Assembly (NCBI GenBank): GCA_030704615.1
Contig: CM060731.1
Span: forward strand, 68,324,001-68,388,000
Source of the DNA: Takakia lepidozioides
Taxonomy: Eukaryota; Plantae; Bryophyta
Reading direction: 5' to 3'
Length of the DNA: 64,000 nt
Shown: positions 1-11,399 of the stretch, one piece after another
How the letters are laid out: the number at the start of each line of letters is the position of its first letter
How positions within the stretch are numbered: position 1 is the first letter of the stretch
Notes under the pieces: generated by a model
The model's input: only the letters and a program-made list of their open reading frames with translations
The model's database searches: none
Told to the model about the DNA's origin: nothing
Position numbers and translations under genes: made by a program

Positions 1-765
1 GGCCATGCGCGAACTTCGTTGGGACATATACAATGACCCCAACATTCTTGCGGAACCAGGTTGGGAAGTTTGGAAGTTGGGGCAGCGGTGGTTCTTGGTG
101 ACTGCGTTTGTGGCTGCTGTCAAAGCCACGTCCGATTCCAAGTCCACATACACAATCTCTGCTACGGGCCATTTTCGATCACTATAGTTGCATTATCAGG
201 GCGTTGTCGCTGAGTTTGATTCCCAACTCCTCCGAGTTATCGCGATCTCCGCACAGAATTGCTAAAAGAGGCTATGTCTGACCTTACCCAAAAGGTGAAT
301 GAAAAGACAGGTGATTCTCTCCGGAAATATGGAAGCACTATATGATTGTTGCCTCAATGGTCTGGTCCGTACAAGTGTTGGCGTTCAATTGGGTGTTGCT
401 CCTGACCCACCGGGTTCTCTACGAACAGTAGACGCCTCGCAAGAATACCCCTGGGTACAACTCTGAGGGACAGTTTGATTCGAACCTGGAGTGTTTGGCT
501 CAGAAGCCGCGGCCACATCAAGAGACGGTGAGATATTGCCTCCACATTGGGCAAAGTGGGCTTTCACTCACATGGAGGCTTTTGGGCACAAACTAACCCC
601 TGCATTCTTCCCATCTCTGTAACCGAGGTGATATAACATGCGATCTTTGCGACCCGCCAGCTTCAATGCACAAAGATTGCATTGAACACCGTTTTTTTTG
701 TGCGGGTCTATGGTGAACCAAGGGATCCACTCCCCCCTCATCCTCACACCCAAAACCTTAATCAC
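1..765 (-). pseudogene. hAT transposase N-terminus with BED zinc finger (disrupted, partial)
   Basis: ORF 568..765 reads W-F...VQCNLC...RMLYHL...VSLCP, the BED-finger pattern typical of plant hAT transposases; the frame is broken downstream. Confidence 0.6.
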
Positions 766-1160
766 AGGCTTAAGGTTGAACGAATAACACTAGTGTACTT
801 GGTAGATTTGTGAAGAGCAATAGAAGTTAGAACAGAATGCGATGGCCCAACACTACGGCATCAATCCAAGTGGATCAATGCACCATGTAATATTGTGCTT
901 TTCGACAATTTGCTGCAGTGGCTCTGGTGGAAGCCACAACAGCAAAAAGTCCGCACCCTCCTCTTGGGCTTACACTCTTGCTCAAGGAATAGAGAACATT
1001 CACTTGCCACAAAAGTGTTTGCCACAAAAGAAGTGATGGGCATTGAGACCACCTTATATACCCTGCAGCCTCCAAGCCTCACACGCTCGACGAATCAGAT
1101 CCAATGTTACGACCGCTCCAGGTCGCACGAGGAAGTCGCATGTTTTTTTTAAAAAAAAAC

Positions 1161-1765
1161 TGCTGCGACCACCCTCATGCTGGTGGTCGCACCTGTTAAA
1201 AAAAAGAAAAATGTTGCGACCACCCCCATGCTCGTGGTCACAGAGATTATTTAAAAAATAAATAAATAAAAATAAAAATTGCTGCGACCACCCCCCTGCT
1301 GGTGGTCGCACCTATTAAAAAAACAGAAAATTTATGTGACCCCCCCCTGTTGGCGGTCGCACCTATTAAACAAATAGAAAATTTCTACGACCACCCCCAT
1401 GCTGGTGCTCGCACCTATTAAAAAAAATAAAAAATGATGCGACCACCCCCATGCTCGTGGTCACAGAGAATATTTTTTAAAAACAAAAAACAAAAAATAA
1501 AAAATTATGCGACCACCCCCTTGCTGGTGGTCGCACCTATTAAAAAAACAAAAAAATGCTGCGACCACCCCCATGCTGGTGGTCGCAGATATTAAAAAAT
1601 AAAAAAATACTGTTTAAGAAAAGAAAAAAAATGCGATCACCCCTGCTAGTGGTCGCATCTATTTAAAAAAAACAAAAAATGTTGCGACAACCCCTTTGTT
1701 GGTGGTTGCAACTATTAAAAAATAAGATAAATTCCGCGACCACCACCATTTGGAGGTCCCACCAA
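1161..1765. repeat. Tandem array of ~11 units (~58 bp), each a hairpin TGCGACCACC-N8-GGTGGTCGCA followed by an A-rich spacer; hAT subterminal repeats
   Basis: Directly visible repeats such as tgcgaccacccccatgctggtggtcgcacctattaaaaaa. Confidence 0.9.
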
Positions 1766-1987
1766 TTTAACAATAATGATTTAAAAATGACCTCAACTAT
1801 TGGTGGATGGAGTAATTTATAAAACAATTCATTCACTTGCCAATGTGTCGCTTGGAATACAACGTGTCCACCTACGTGGCATATTTTTCACCTAACTCAT
1901 GTTTTACTGATTTTCCAGCAAAACTGACGTGACGTTGGTCGCGTCAGCGTCAGGTCCGACGTGACGTCACTGACGTGTGCAACCCTG

Positions 1988-2204
1988 ATGTGTCGTACTT
2001 CATAATATGATAATAGATGACGAGTGAGACACTGCTTTTGAAGGCCAATTTGATGAGCACCCAGTAGTGCCCGTTCGCAGAGGTCTCAGTTTTGAATCTT
2101 ATCGTCTAGGTACTCTATAAATTGAGAATTTTGAGCAGTACCACAGATTGAGAAATGACCTCATTGAACACCAATGGGAGTTGAAAGGTGCCACAATGTT
2201 TTGA
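1988..2204 (+). pseudogene. PIF/Harbinger DDE transposase C-terminal fragment
   Basis: Reads CVVLHNMIIDDE*...YHRLRNDLIEHQWELK, the characteristic Harbinger C-terminal motifs (LHNMIxEDE ... LRNDLIEHxW), with in-frame stops. Confidence 0.8.
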
Positions 2205-2319
2205 TTGTACTCTATCAATAAAGTATGTTACTTCATGTGCTTGACATGCATAAAGGATTCAGTTATGAATTATAAAATGTCTAAGTGGAATATCTTACGT
2301 TTTGTGAGGCATATTCACA

Positions 2320-3085
2320 AATGGGGCCATACCTTCATGCCAACAAATGAGAATGGCATGTGGGAGGGCTCTACACATTGGTAGTGAGGCCCCCCACCTA
2401 CTGCAGCCCTGAATTTGCACTAAGAACATCATGAAGATTGAATTCTATGATGCTAAGAATCATTTTCTAGGTTTTGGAACAGATTTTCACAATTTGGGGC
2501 ATATCTTCATGCCAACAAATGAGAATGGCATGTGGGAGGGCTCTACACATTGGTAGTGAGGGCCCCCACCTACTGCAGCCCTGAATTTGCACTGAAAACA
2601 TCATGAAGATTGAATTCTATTATGCTAGGACTCATTTTTTAGGTTTTGGAACAGATATTCACAATTTGGATATATTTTCATGCCAACAAATGAGAATGGC
2701 ATGTGGGAGGGCTCTACACAATGGTAGTGAGGCCCCCCACCTACTGCAACCCTTAGTTTTCACCAAAAACATCTCAAATGTTGAATGTATGATGCTAAGG
2801 CTCATTTTCCAAGTTTTGGATGGCATCTTCACAAATTGGGCCATATCTTCATGCCAACAAATGAGAATGGAATGTGAGAGGGCTCCACACATTTCCAGTG
2901 AAGTCCCCCACGTACTGTAGTCCTGAATTCTCACAAAAAAATTCAAATACATAGGATGATATGATGCTAAGTTGACACATTGTGGTTTTCAAAGACATAC
3001 TCACAAACTGGGGCATATATTGATGCCAAAAAATGAGAATGGCATGGGGGAGGGCTCCACACATTCCTCGTGCGGCCCCCCACCT
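2320..3085. repeat. Tandem repeat, ~172-bp unit x ~4.5 copies, downstream of the Harbinger transposase
   Basis: Core cttcatgccaacaaatgagaatggcatgtgggagggctctacaca recurs near 2333, 2506, 2677, 2848 and 3021. Confidence 0.9.
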
Positions 3086-3415
3086 ATCAAGCCACACCAT
3101 AAGAAAAACTAACCAATGGGTGCGATGGTAGGGTTGTCTGAGTGCCAGTATGTACGAAAACACAAACAAGTAATTTCAGATGTGCTTGGGGCCTGTCCAC
3201 AATGTATTAAAAAAATGTTAGGCTTTGGAGGCCTTGATACAATCGTCATAGCACTTGTTAGGAATCTATGAAGCCACACTACATGCAAATTGAACCAATT
3301 TTTGCAATGGTAGGGCTGTTTGAGTGCTAGTCAATCTCATTCGAATATGCAATCCACCCTATATTCTGAATCCTCTCCTTGTGACTCATCAAGGTCTGGG
3401 CGATTGCCAGCCTCC

Positions 3416-5650
3416 TGTTGGAATTATGGCGCGGGGGTGTAGAATTGATCATCAACACGACGGGGAGGAATAAATTGGTTCGCGGGTTTGAATGCCTCAC
3501 TTCTGCTCTCTACTGGCTTGAAATACTCTTGGTATGGACAGAAAGAACCTTGGTTTTCTGCAAAGAACAATTTTGTCATGGTTTTAGTCATGGTTATCTA
3601 GAATTACCTACTTCTAGTTAACTAGGACATTTTAGATATTTATATTTATATTTTGCGTGTTGGGACTTCATTGGGTCTCACATGCCAAGTGAGGTGTCGA
3701 GCCTCACTTGGGACATGGGGATAGGTTTTCCCCTTGTGAAGATGGAGGAGGCTCAACTTCTTGTAGTTGAGCCTCCATGAGCCTCTCCCACCTCCATAGC
3801 TCTAGGTATTGAGAGGGAGTGTGGTGAGGGCTTTGTAGGGTGGATTCCTTTAGCAAAGGTGCCCTTGGCTTGACTTAGTTTATGTGATTGAGTGGATTCA
3901 TGAGTGGAGTGTTTCCATTGTGTGTTCACTTTCATTATCACTACAAGAAGATCACCTTATGCTTGTGAGTGCGGAGTGTAAGGATTAGTTTTAGCACTTG
4001 TGTTGGTGTACATCAAGGAGTGAGAGAGCTAGGAAAGCTCAAGTATCTCACAAGGCTTGCAAGGAGGAGCGTTTTTGCATTGCATCAAAGAGGTGGAGAG
4101 CTCAAGGAGAGAGCTCTTGAGTTACAAGACTTTGTAGAGGTGGAGAGCTTAAGGAGAGAGCTCTTGTATCACAAAGCTTGCCTGGTTTTGCAAGGTAAGT
4201 GCTTGTATGTGCACTAAAGGTTTGAGAGCTTGGAAAAAAACTCTTGCATCACAAGAGAAGCGTCTTGTGTGTGGAGAAGATAGACACTAGGGTTTCAAGA
4301 GCAAACTCTAGTACTTGTTCATGGTGTGAAAGAGAAGCCAAAGAGCGGCACATGCTTGGGTTGGAAACACCATAGAAGGAGTACAACAAGGGTAGCTTGA
4401 GGAGAATTGAGTAGCTCAAGAGAAGCTAAGAAGTGGTTGTTCTATCAATGGTGAAATGAAGCCAAGTGGGGTTTCATTTGGTTGACAAACAAGCAAGCGA
4501 AGGCGGCGCTAGAAGGGAGTGTTTTTGCTAGTTCTATGAGTTCTTGGATTGCTCTTGGTGAAGCAAGTGGTTGACCACGCAAGTGGCGCATGTGTGGAGC
4601 ATGCTTTCCAAGTGTGGCTTCCAATTCAAGCTTGAGGAGAGCTAGAAGGTGAAGTGAGCAAGTTCATTCCTTGTGTATGAGGTGGTGTATGTTGTGGAAG
4701 AAAAGCCAAGGAGCTACATAGGCTAGGGCTTGAAGACCACAAAAGCAACCACTTGGAGAGCATCAAGAAGTTCAAGATGACTCCAAAGATAAGCATGTGG
4801 GTGAGAATTCTATCCATGATGATGTGAAACCAAGCCTAGAGTATTGAAGAGCTTGGAGCACATGTGGGAGATCATTGGAGGTGGTCTTCATGAAGAAAAG
4901 AGATTGTGGCTCACGACATGCATAACAACTTCAACCATACATTAGCATGTGACAAGACAAGGAAGGGGAAGGTGAAGCTCATGTATTCATTCCCTTTTTG
5001 CTTAAGTTTTGTGGTGGATGGTTGATCAAGCAAGTGATGCTTATGTGGAGCAAGCTCTTTAAGGCTTGTGACTTCAAGTTTGAGAAGATGAGCTTTTGAA
5101 TAGAGGTGTGGATACACATTATGATGAATGAAGACAACACCTAGGTCAAGAGGTGGAAGTGTGTGTGACTAGCCCATGCACGGGAAAGCACATGGAAGAT
5201 GGCATACAAAATTCAAATTCAAGCAAGGCTTGGCGCTTGTCATTGGGCACATTAGCTTGCTATGAGTTCCAAGGAGATCAAGAGGAACTTGTCAATTTCG
5301 TATGAATGCATTGCAAATTAAGATAATGCAATCTTGCATGCATGTTAGGGGGGGAGATACCATGAAGAAGGTGTTTCTTACTATACTCTACAAACCCTAG
5401 TCTCCATACTCTTCAAGAAACTGAGTATGGGCTCCCTCTGCCCATCATACACTTTTGTGAACAAAGTATGGAACCCCTCTGCCCAACATACACTAATGTG
5501 AACAAGGTATGGGCCCCCTCTGCCCAACATACGTTTTTGTGAACAGAGTATGGGCTCCCTCTGCCCCACCATACTCTTTTGTGATCAGTGTATGGATACA
5601 AGTGGAGAGACTTGGCCTACCATACGTTGTCATTAAAAGTGTATGACATC
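3416..5650 (+). mobile_element. Degenerate LTR-retrotransposon-like remnant (no recognisable protein)
   Basis: Starts TGTTGGAA at an abrupt compositional junction; purine-rich internal sequence; AGGGGGGGAG tract near 5347 followed by a tandem array. No second LTR or TSD found. Confidence 0.3.
5421..5600. repeat. Tandem repeat, ~41-bp unit x ~4-5
   Basis: gtatgggctccctctgcccaacatacacttttgtgaaca repeated. Confidence 0.85.
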
Positions 5651-6618
5651 TATGGTGTATCTGGAGGAGTATTGCCTTTGGAGGATCTTTGGGGGGTCAT
5701 TTGAGGAGCTTCTGTAAGACACTTGAAGAGCTCTTGAAGGGATGTTTGGAGGACTGTTTGGAGGATTATTGGGGGTCCTTGAAGACCAATATTTGGCAAA
5801 CATTTGGAGCCTTTGGAGGGCTATTTGGAGGACTATTTTGGGGTCCTTGGAGGCTAATATTTGGCGAGCTTAAAGAGTCTTTGGCGACTTGTCTGAAGGA
5901 CTTTTTGGGGTCCTTGAGGGCCAAGATTTGGCAGGCTTTGGGGGCCTTAGTGAGATTGTTTGAGAGACATCTTGAGGGCTCTTGGAGAGTTATTTGAGAG
6001 ACCCTGGAAGGTAGTTCTGTCTGTTGGTCATGAGCAAGAGCGTTTAGAGATAGGGGGAGTCTAGTGGGATGAGAGCATTTTGGGATCAGGAATTGCTTTA
6101 GTTTCTCTTCCCCGCAGTCTTCCACTCTCTATGTAGGCCAAAACCTTTCCGTAAGCGGAGGCAAGAGTCAGTCCGGGTCTGGGCTAGGGTGTCCTTGCAG
6201 GAGCGACACTGTGGAGTGTTTTTTTTGGTGTGGAGGAGTTACTGTCTTGATTTTTTTGTGTTTGGATCCCCACCACACCTGCATGCTTGACTGTGCGCCA
6301 TGTCAGTTTTGTGTGGGCGCTTGTTTTCATAGGAGGTTGGTCCGGATTTGATCACCGGCCAACCCTAGAGCGTGCTGTCGGTGGTGAGGCTGGGGTGATG
6401 ACCAGTCAGACCATCATTGTTTCTCTTATGGTGAGGCTAGGTTGATGACCAGCAGACCATATGAGTGCTTGCGGTGGATGCAAGTGCAGGTGTAGGTTTA
6501 TGTTACGAACGTAGTACTAGTCTAAGCCATAGGCCGCAACAAGTTCACTACCCGGTTACCTTGTAGAAAGTGGGGATTAGATACAGATTGACAACCGGTT
6601 GGGTTGTGAGTTTTCATC

Positions 6619-7420
6619 ATGGAGGTGCCACCAGTTGCTGAGGGGAGTGCCGGTACGAGCACCATCGATACTAGTGGGTACATAAGACAAGGTGTGCGGT
6701 TTAGGCCACCTTCATCTTCAGTGTCTTCTGAGGAAGGTTCAGACTCGGAATCAGGAGGATTCTCGCCGAGAGTGCAAGCCATTTCCGTGCCATTGCTGTG
6801 GAACACGAGGGAGGAGATGTATGGAGCTACCAAGGGGCCACGTAGGTACTCTGGAGCTGTGGGCACCATCGAGCTTGATGACTTCATACAAGACTTTGAC
6901 AGTTAGTATGATTTGCAGCAAATGCGCAATCCACAACTGTTTATGCCCTTCATGGCGTGGAAGGGGCTATTCCAGCGGCTTGAGGGGCCGCCCATGGATG
7001 ATTACCATGAATTTAGGTAGGGACATGTGGTGGAGATTGAGGAGTGGCGAGAGTATTGGTCACCTAACTATGTCTCCATCACTAGAGGCACAAGGGCAGC
7101 GGTGACACCAGCAGCTACACAAACATCTCCAACTGCAAGCACTAGTAGTGGGACAAGTGGTACAGGAGCTGGGAAATCCACTCAAGCTCCTGCTGCAGCA
7201 CCAGCACCCGTGTCTGCCTTTAACCCAGTTGTGGAGTTCTTCGAGGAGTTGAGGAGAAACTACCAAGGAATAAGGATTGAGAAGTTGTGGAGCTTGCAAG
7301 AGTTCCAACGAAGGTCTACTGAGAGTTTGAGGGAGGCTTATACTCGCATGAGGCGCTTGATAAACGTAACCCAAGGGGTTACAGAAGCTCAGGCAGTCCA
7401 GTTCTGGTATGGGATCCTGG
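6619..7420 (+). pseudogene. Element A gag, N-terminal part
   Basis: One frame with stops at ~6904 and ~7018; ...LQEFQRRSTESLREAYTRMRRL...QAVQFWYGIL is the retrotransposon gag pattern. Confidence 0.75.
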
Positions 7421-8400
7421 TGTTAGAGAACTGTCTGGGACTTAGACACTTATACGGGATCTGTAGGGTACCCTTAATTTTTGCACAGACTGAGACCAAC
7501 AGGAGCCTTAGGGGTGACAGCAGCACACTTGAGAGGGGAGTTACACAGCCCGTCACAGCCGACACAGCCACACAGCCAGTAACAGCCCGACACAGCCAAA
7601 CACAGCCCATCACAGCCAACACAGCCTGACACAGCCACATAGCCAGTCACAGCCCGACACAGCTCGACACAGCCCAACACAGTCGCACAGCCAGTCACAG
7701 CTCGTCACAGTTTCACACAACCAGTCACAGCTTGACACAACTGTCACGACCATAGGGAACGGATAGCAGGATAGGGAACGACTGAGGGGAACAACATCTA
7801 CGAATGGAACATGTAGTTCAAGGGGGACGGTTAGTGAGGAAAACGGTTAGAACAACGGGTAGGAAAATAAAGCGAGGAGCGAGGACAGGAAGGGGGGATT
7901 TTTCGGGAGAGGATGGGGCGAGGGGACTTGGGGGTGATGCATGAGAGGGGATCGGGCGGAGATCAAGAACGGAAGCAAAGATGGAGAGCACGGTGAAGGA
8001 GGAGAGATGATTAGTAGATGCTTGTGATATGCAAAGCTGTAGTGATATTGTAGAGCAGATTAGAGACACAATGGCTTCGGCCTGATACCTGATAAATAAT
8101 CTGATACTTATACGATACAATCACACTGTGTAGAGAGATCTGAGTGAAGCTGTGGAATGAATGGATGAGTTGATGGAATCCGATAGATTGATGAAGCAAA
8201 CTGATACTTAATTATCAATAGCCAGGTAGCTAACATGAATGCGGAAAGGAAAACAAATAGGAAACACCCCCATGATACACTAGCTGTAGGTCATGACTGA
8301 TTGTTCTGAGCGGGCTGAGTACTTAGAGATTTCCAACTCTTCTATCTTGGAGTTTCCGCCTCGGATAGCGAAGGGATGGGTGAGTAAAAGCCGCGCGACA
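7421..8400 (+). repeat. 5' LTR of element B (980 bp), containing an ACAGCC-based tandem array
   Basis: TGTTAGAG...GCGCGACA; near-identical to 19571-20561. Confidence 0.97.
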
Positions 8401-8415
8401 TTTGGCGACCGTACT
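8401..8415 (+). other. Primer-binding site of element B (TT-TGGCGACCGT..., candidate tRNA-Arg primer)
   Basis: A TGG-starting motif 2 nt after the 5' LTR, complementary to a tRNA ending GGUCG-CCA; the tRNA identity is inferred. Confidence 0.65.
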
Positions 8416-9249
8416 GGACTGAGTCATGAACAACCAGATGTGACAGGCATCTGGTGGGATCATGGTGGTTGGACCATTAAAGAATTTGAAGTGAATCAAA
8501 TTCCCTGTGGAACGAAGGAAGAAAGATTGTCCAAACAATTCTTTCAAAGGTTCTTGGAATTGCCAGACGGTTGTAAAGAAAATATTCTTAAGCGAGTGCA
8601 TGATGCTGATCCGGAATGGGGTCTGGAGAAAGGAGTGATAAAGATTTATCAGGTAGCCTGTAGAGGAAGAGCACGTTGGTTACCAACATTGGTTTATGTG
8701 ATAGCATTGCTATCCATTAAGCGAGTAGAGTTTGAAGGCTGGGAGGAAAGAATGTGAATGTTTATACTCATATGCATGAAGAGCTTATACTGGTAAAGAA
8801 TTGGATTCCAAAGGATATTTTGTGGATCAAACTCACACCAAGAACAGCTTTTCAGACTTGTTTGCCATATGGTTATATGGTAACGGAGACTTCAAGTATA
8901 GCCAAGGGTGCATTGAAGCTTGAAAGAAACCCAGGCATATACGAGAGATATTACAGGAGAGAGTTTTGGTTATTGCCACATTAAAAAGAAATGAAAGACA
9001 TGGGACATGAGTGATGAAAGAGAAGCTAGACACCAGAGATATTCAGCAAAAAGAGAAAGCTATCTGAAAGCTAATTATCCATATCTTTGGGAGAGAGGAA
9101 TAGACATAGGGGAATCATCTGGACCTCTCACACCATTAAGATCAAAGAGTACATCACCCATACCGGAAGAACTAGAGTTGGATGCCACTCCTTCTGTTTC
9201 TTTGCAAGAAAGATTAAGGGAATTGATACGGAAAGAAGATCAATCATGA
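8401..9249 (+). pseudogene. Extra ORF upstream of gag in element B, unknown function (frameshifted)
   Basis: Consecutive open segments 8293-8757, 8754-8984 and 9007-9249 with globular, aromatic-rich composition, lying between the PBS and gag. Confidence 0.45.
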
Positions 9250-9285
9250 GGTGAAAGATCTGAGGTACATCCCTGGATAAAAGAT

Positions 9286-11356
9286 TTGACAGAAATCTTT
9301 GATAAGAGTTGGCATGGAACACCAAAAGCAGGAACTCCAGTTTCTGAAGCGGAAGGTGAAGAAGGAGGAGAGGATGTGGCAGAGCCAACGGAGAGTTCAG
9401 GCTCTCCAACACCATTGCAGTTGAGTTACATGAGTGAAGAAGAAACCCAAGGACAGAACTTGGAGGATGAAAACAGGGAGAAGAAATTGGAAGAGGAAGA
9501 GTATGAAGAAGTAGACCCAACAGCTGAGGTTGAGACTACAACCAGGACATCCCAACCCGTTGGACCTGGATCAAGTGGAGCACTTGGATCACAGGCCAAC
9601 GAAGGTGTCGGCTCAGGGGGATCAGGCGGGCGGCCTGGATCTGGCTCTGGGGGGACAGGGAGTGTGGGAAGTAGTGCAACTGAAGCTGGGAATACTGTGA
9701 ATATCGTGGGGCCAGTAGCAGGGAGTGCTCAAGGGCCACCACTTGGTGGAAGATCCACCACAAAAACAACAGGTCCAGAAGGACCAGCACCAGCAAGGGT
9801 GCCAGCACCTGTCAGTGGGCAGAAGGTAGGGCCACAGATGGCGTTACAACCAACACGGGCAAAACCACCCTTTCCAATATATTCAGGAAAAGGGGATCCC
9901 GATGTACACATTAGCCAATTTGAGCACATGTGTATAGTGAACAATGAGAATGGCGATGATGCCAAGATGAGATTGTTTCCTTGTTCACTTATCAAGAAAG
10001 CAAGTGAATGGTATGCAAGATTCCCTGATAATCATTTCCTACAACAGTTTCAAAGCAAAAGAAGCATGAAACTGTTGAGGAGTATATGGAAAAGATGGAA
10101 TTGATGATGAAAAAGCTGGCTGCAGTACCAGCACCCGGTTTACAGAAGACTTGGTTTGTGAGTGGACTAAGACCAGAGTTGCAAAAGAAAGTGGATATGT
10201 TACCCCATAATACAGTGGAGGAGGCATTTGAAACTGCAAACAGAATTGAGCAATTGGGAATGCTCAGGAGAGAGAAAAGGGATGATGAGGACTCTGAGGA
10301 TGAGTCAGATGAAGAAGAAGAGCAAGAACTAAAAAGGAAGAGTAAGAGAAAGGAGAAGTTGAAGAGGGATAACTATGAAAAAATTGGAAGAAATCTTGAA
10401 GAAGTATGCCACAGAGGCTGCAACACATTGGAGGAAGGGTGTATGGTGTGCAAAGTGCCAGAATGAAGGCCATACCACCACAGAATGCCACATGAAGGAG
10501 AAACACTGTACTATCTGTAAAATGGATAACCATTCTACTGAGAATTGTTACTACAACAGAAGGACAGCTGCAAGAGAACCTAGGCAAGTAAGGGTGCATC
10601 AGGTGCAGCCCCAGCCAAGAAGAAACAATGATCAGGACCACTATGGTAGGTCTGGTGGTTATAACAATGGCATGGAAGGGAGAGGTAATTCAAGAGGGAA
10701 TTACCAAGGAAATTCCAGAGGCAACTATCAGGGTAATCCAAGGGGGAATTACCAGCCCGGGAATCAGGATTACAGAAATAATCCAAGAACAGACCAAGGG
10801 CGAGGACCCAATGGTGAAGAACTATGTTACTATTGTAATCAGCCAGGACATCGCAAGGCAGCCTGTTCATTCTGGATAAGACACCAGAATGAGATGAGAG
10901 CTCCTGTGAATGAGGGCCCAGTGGTGGCAGCTCACATGGTTAGGCCATGTGTTGTACCAGAAGTAAGTACAATGATAGTAACAGAAGCAAAGCCAAACTA
11001 ATACCTCCAGTAGTGAGGAAGATGATGATAATGAAGGTGGCAGTGATATGCCTGAAGATGAAGAGACTTGGAAAGATGAGAAGGAACTGCACAAGGAAGT
11101 GGCAGATACCATAAGGGAAATGCAGAAGAGTACTGATATTCCTGTGGCAGATTCCTCTGATTCTGATGGAGAAGAAGAAGTGAGTGAGGATGAAAGGAAG
11201 AAAGAAGATGCAGACATGCAAAGTAATGAAGAGACTTTGGCTGAAGTAATATGCCAGACCAAAGCAGAGATTACCATTGGACAGCTATTGGCTGTGGCAC
11301 CTTATTGTAGGCACAGGCTGTATCAAGCAATCAATCGAATTGCCCAGGAGACATGA
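9286..11356 (+). pseudogene. Element B gag (retrotransposon gag domain plus CCHC zinc knuckles)
   Basis: FPIYSGKGDPDVHISQFE...RLFPCSLIKKASEWY; knuckles CAKCQNEGHTTTEC, CTICKMDNHSTENC and CYYCNQPGHRKAAC. Confidence 0.85.
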
Positions 11357-11399
11357 AACACAGACCTGATAGCATGACCAGTTATAATGTGAAGCCGGA

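Larger units (their letters stand above)
1..1987 (-). mobile_element. hAT-superfamily DNA transposon, 5' end (runs off the left edge), inserted into a Harbinger transposase gene
   Basis: Minus-strand terminus CAGGGTTGCACACGTCAG at 1987 (Ac-like CAGGG start); CACGTCA-rich subterminal motifs 1920-1985; BED-finger ORF downstream. The flank at 1988 resumes directly in Harbinger transposase codons (CVVLHNMII). The other end and second TSD copy are outside the window. Confidence 0.7.

Noticed and set aside
1161-1765. CRISPR array
   Set aside because: The spacers are near-identical A-tracts rather than unique sequences; the position fits hAT subterminal repeats.
2603-3169. ORFs of ~100 aa on both strands
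   Set aside because: They are translations of the 172-bp tandem repeat, with no protein motifs.
5660-6618. 5' LTR and PBS of element A
   Set aside because: Plausible by position, but I found no matching 3' copy after 37065 and no convincing PBS, so boundaries are not called.
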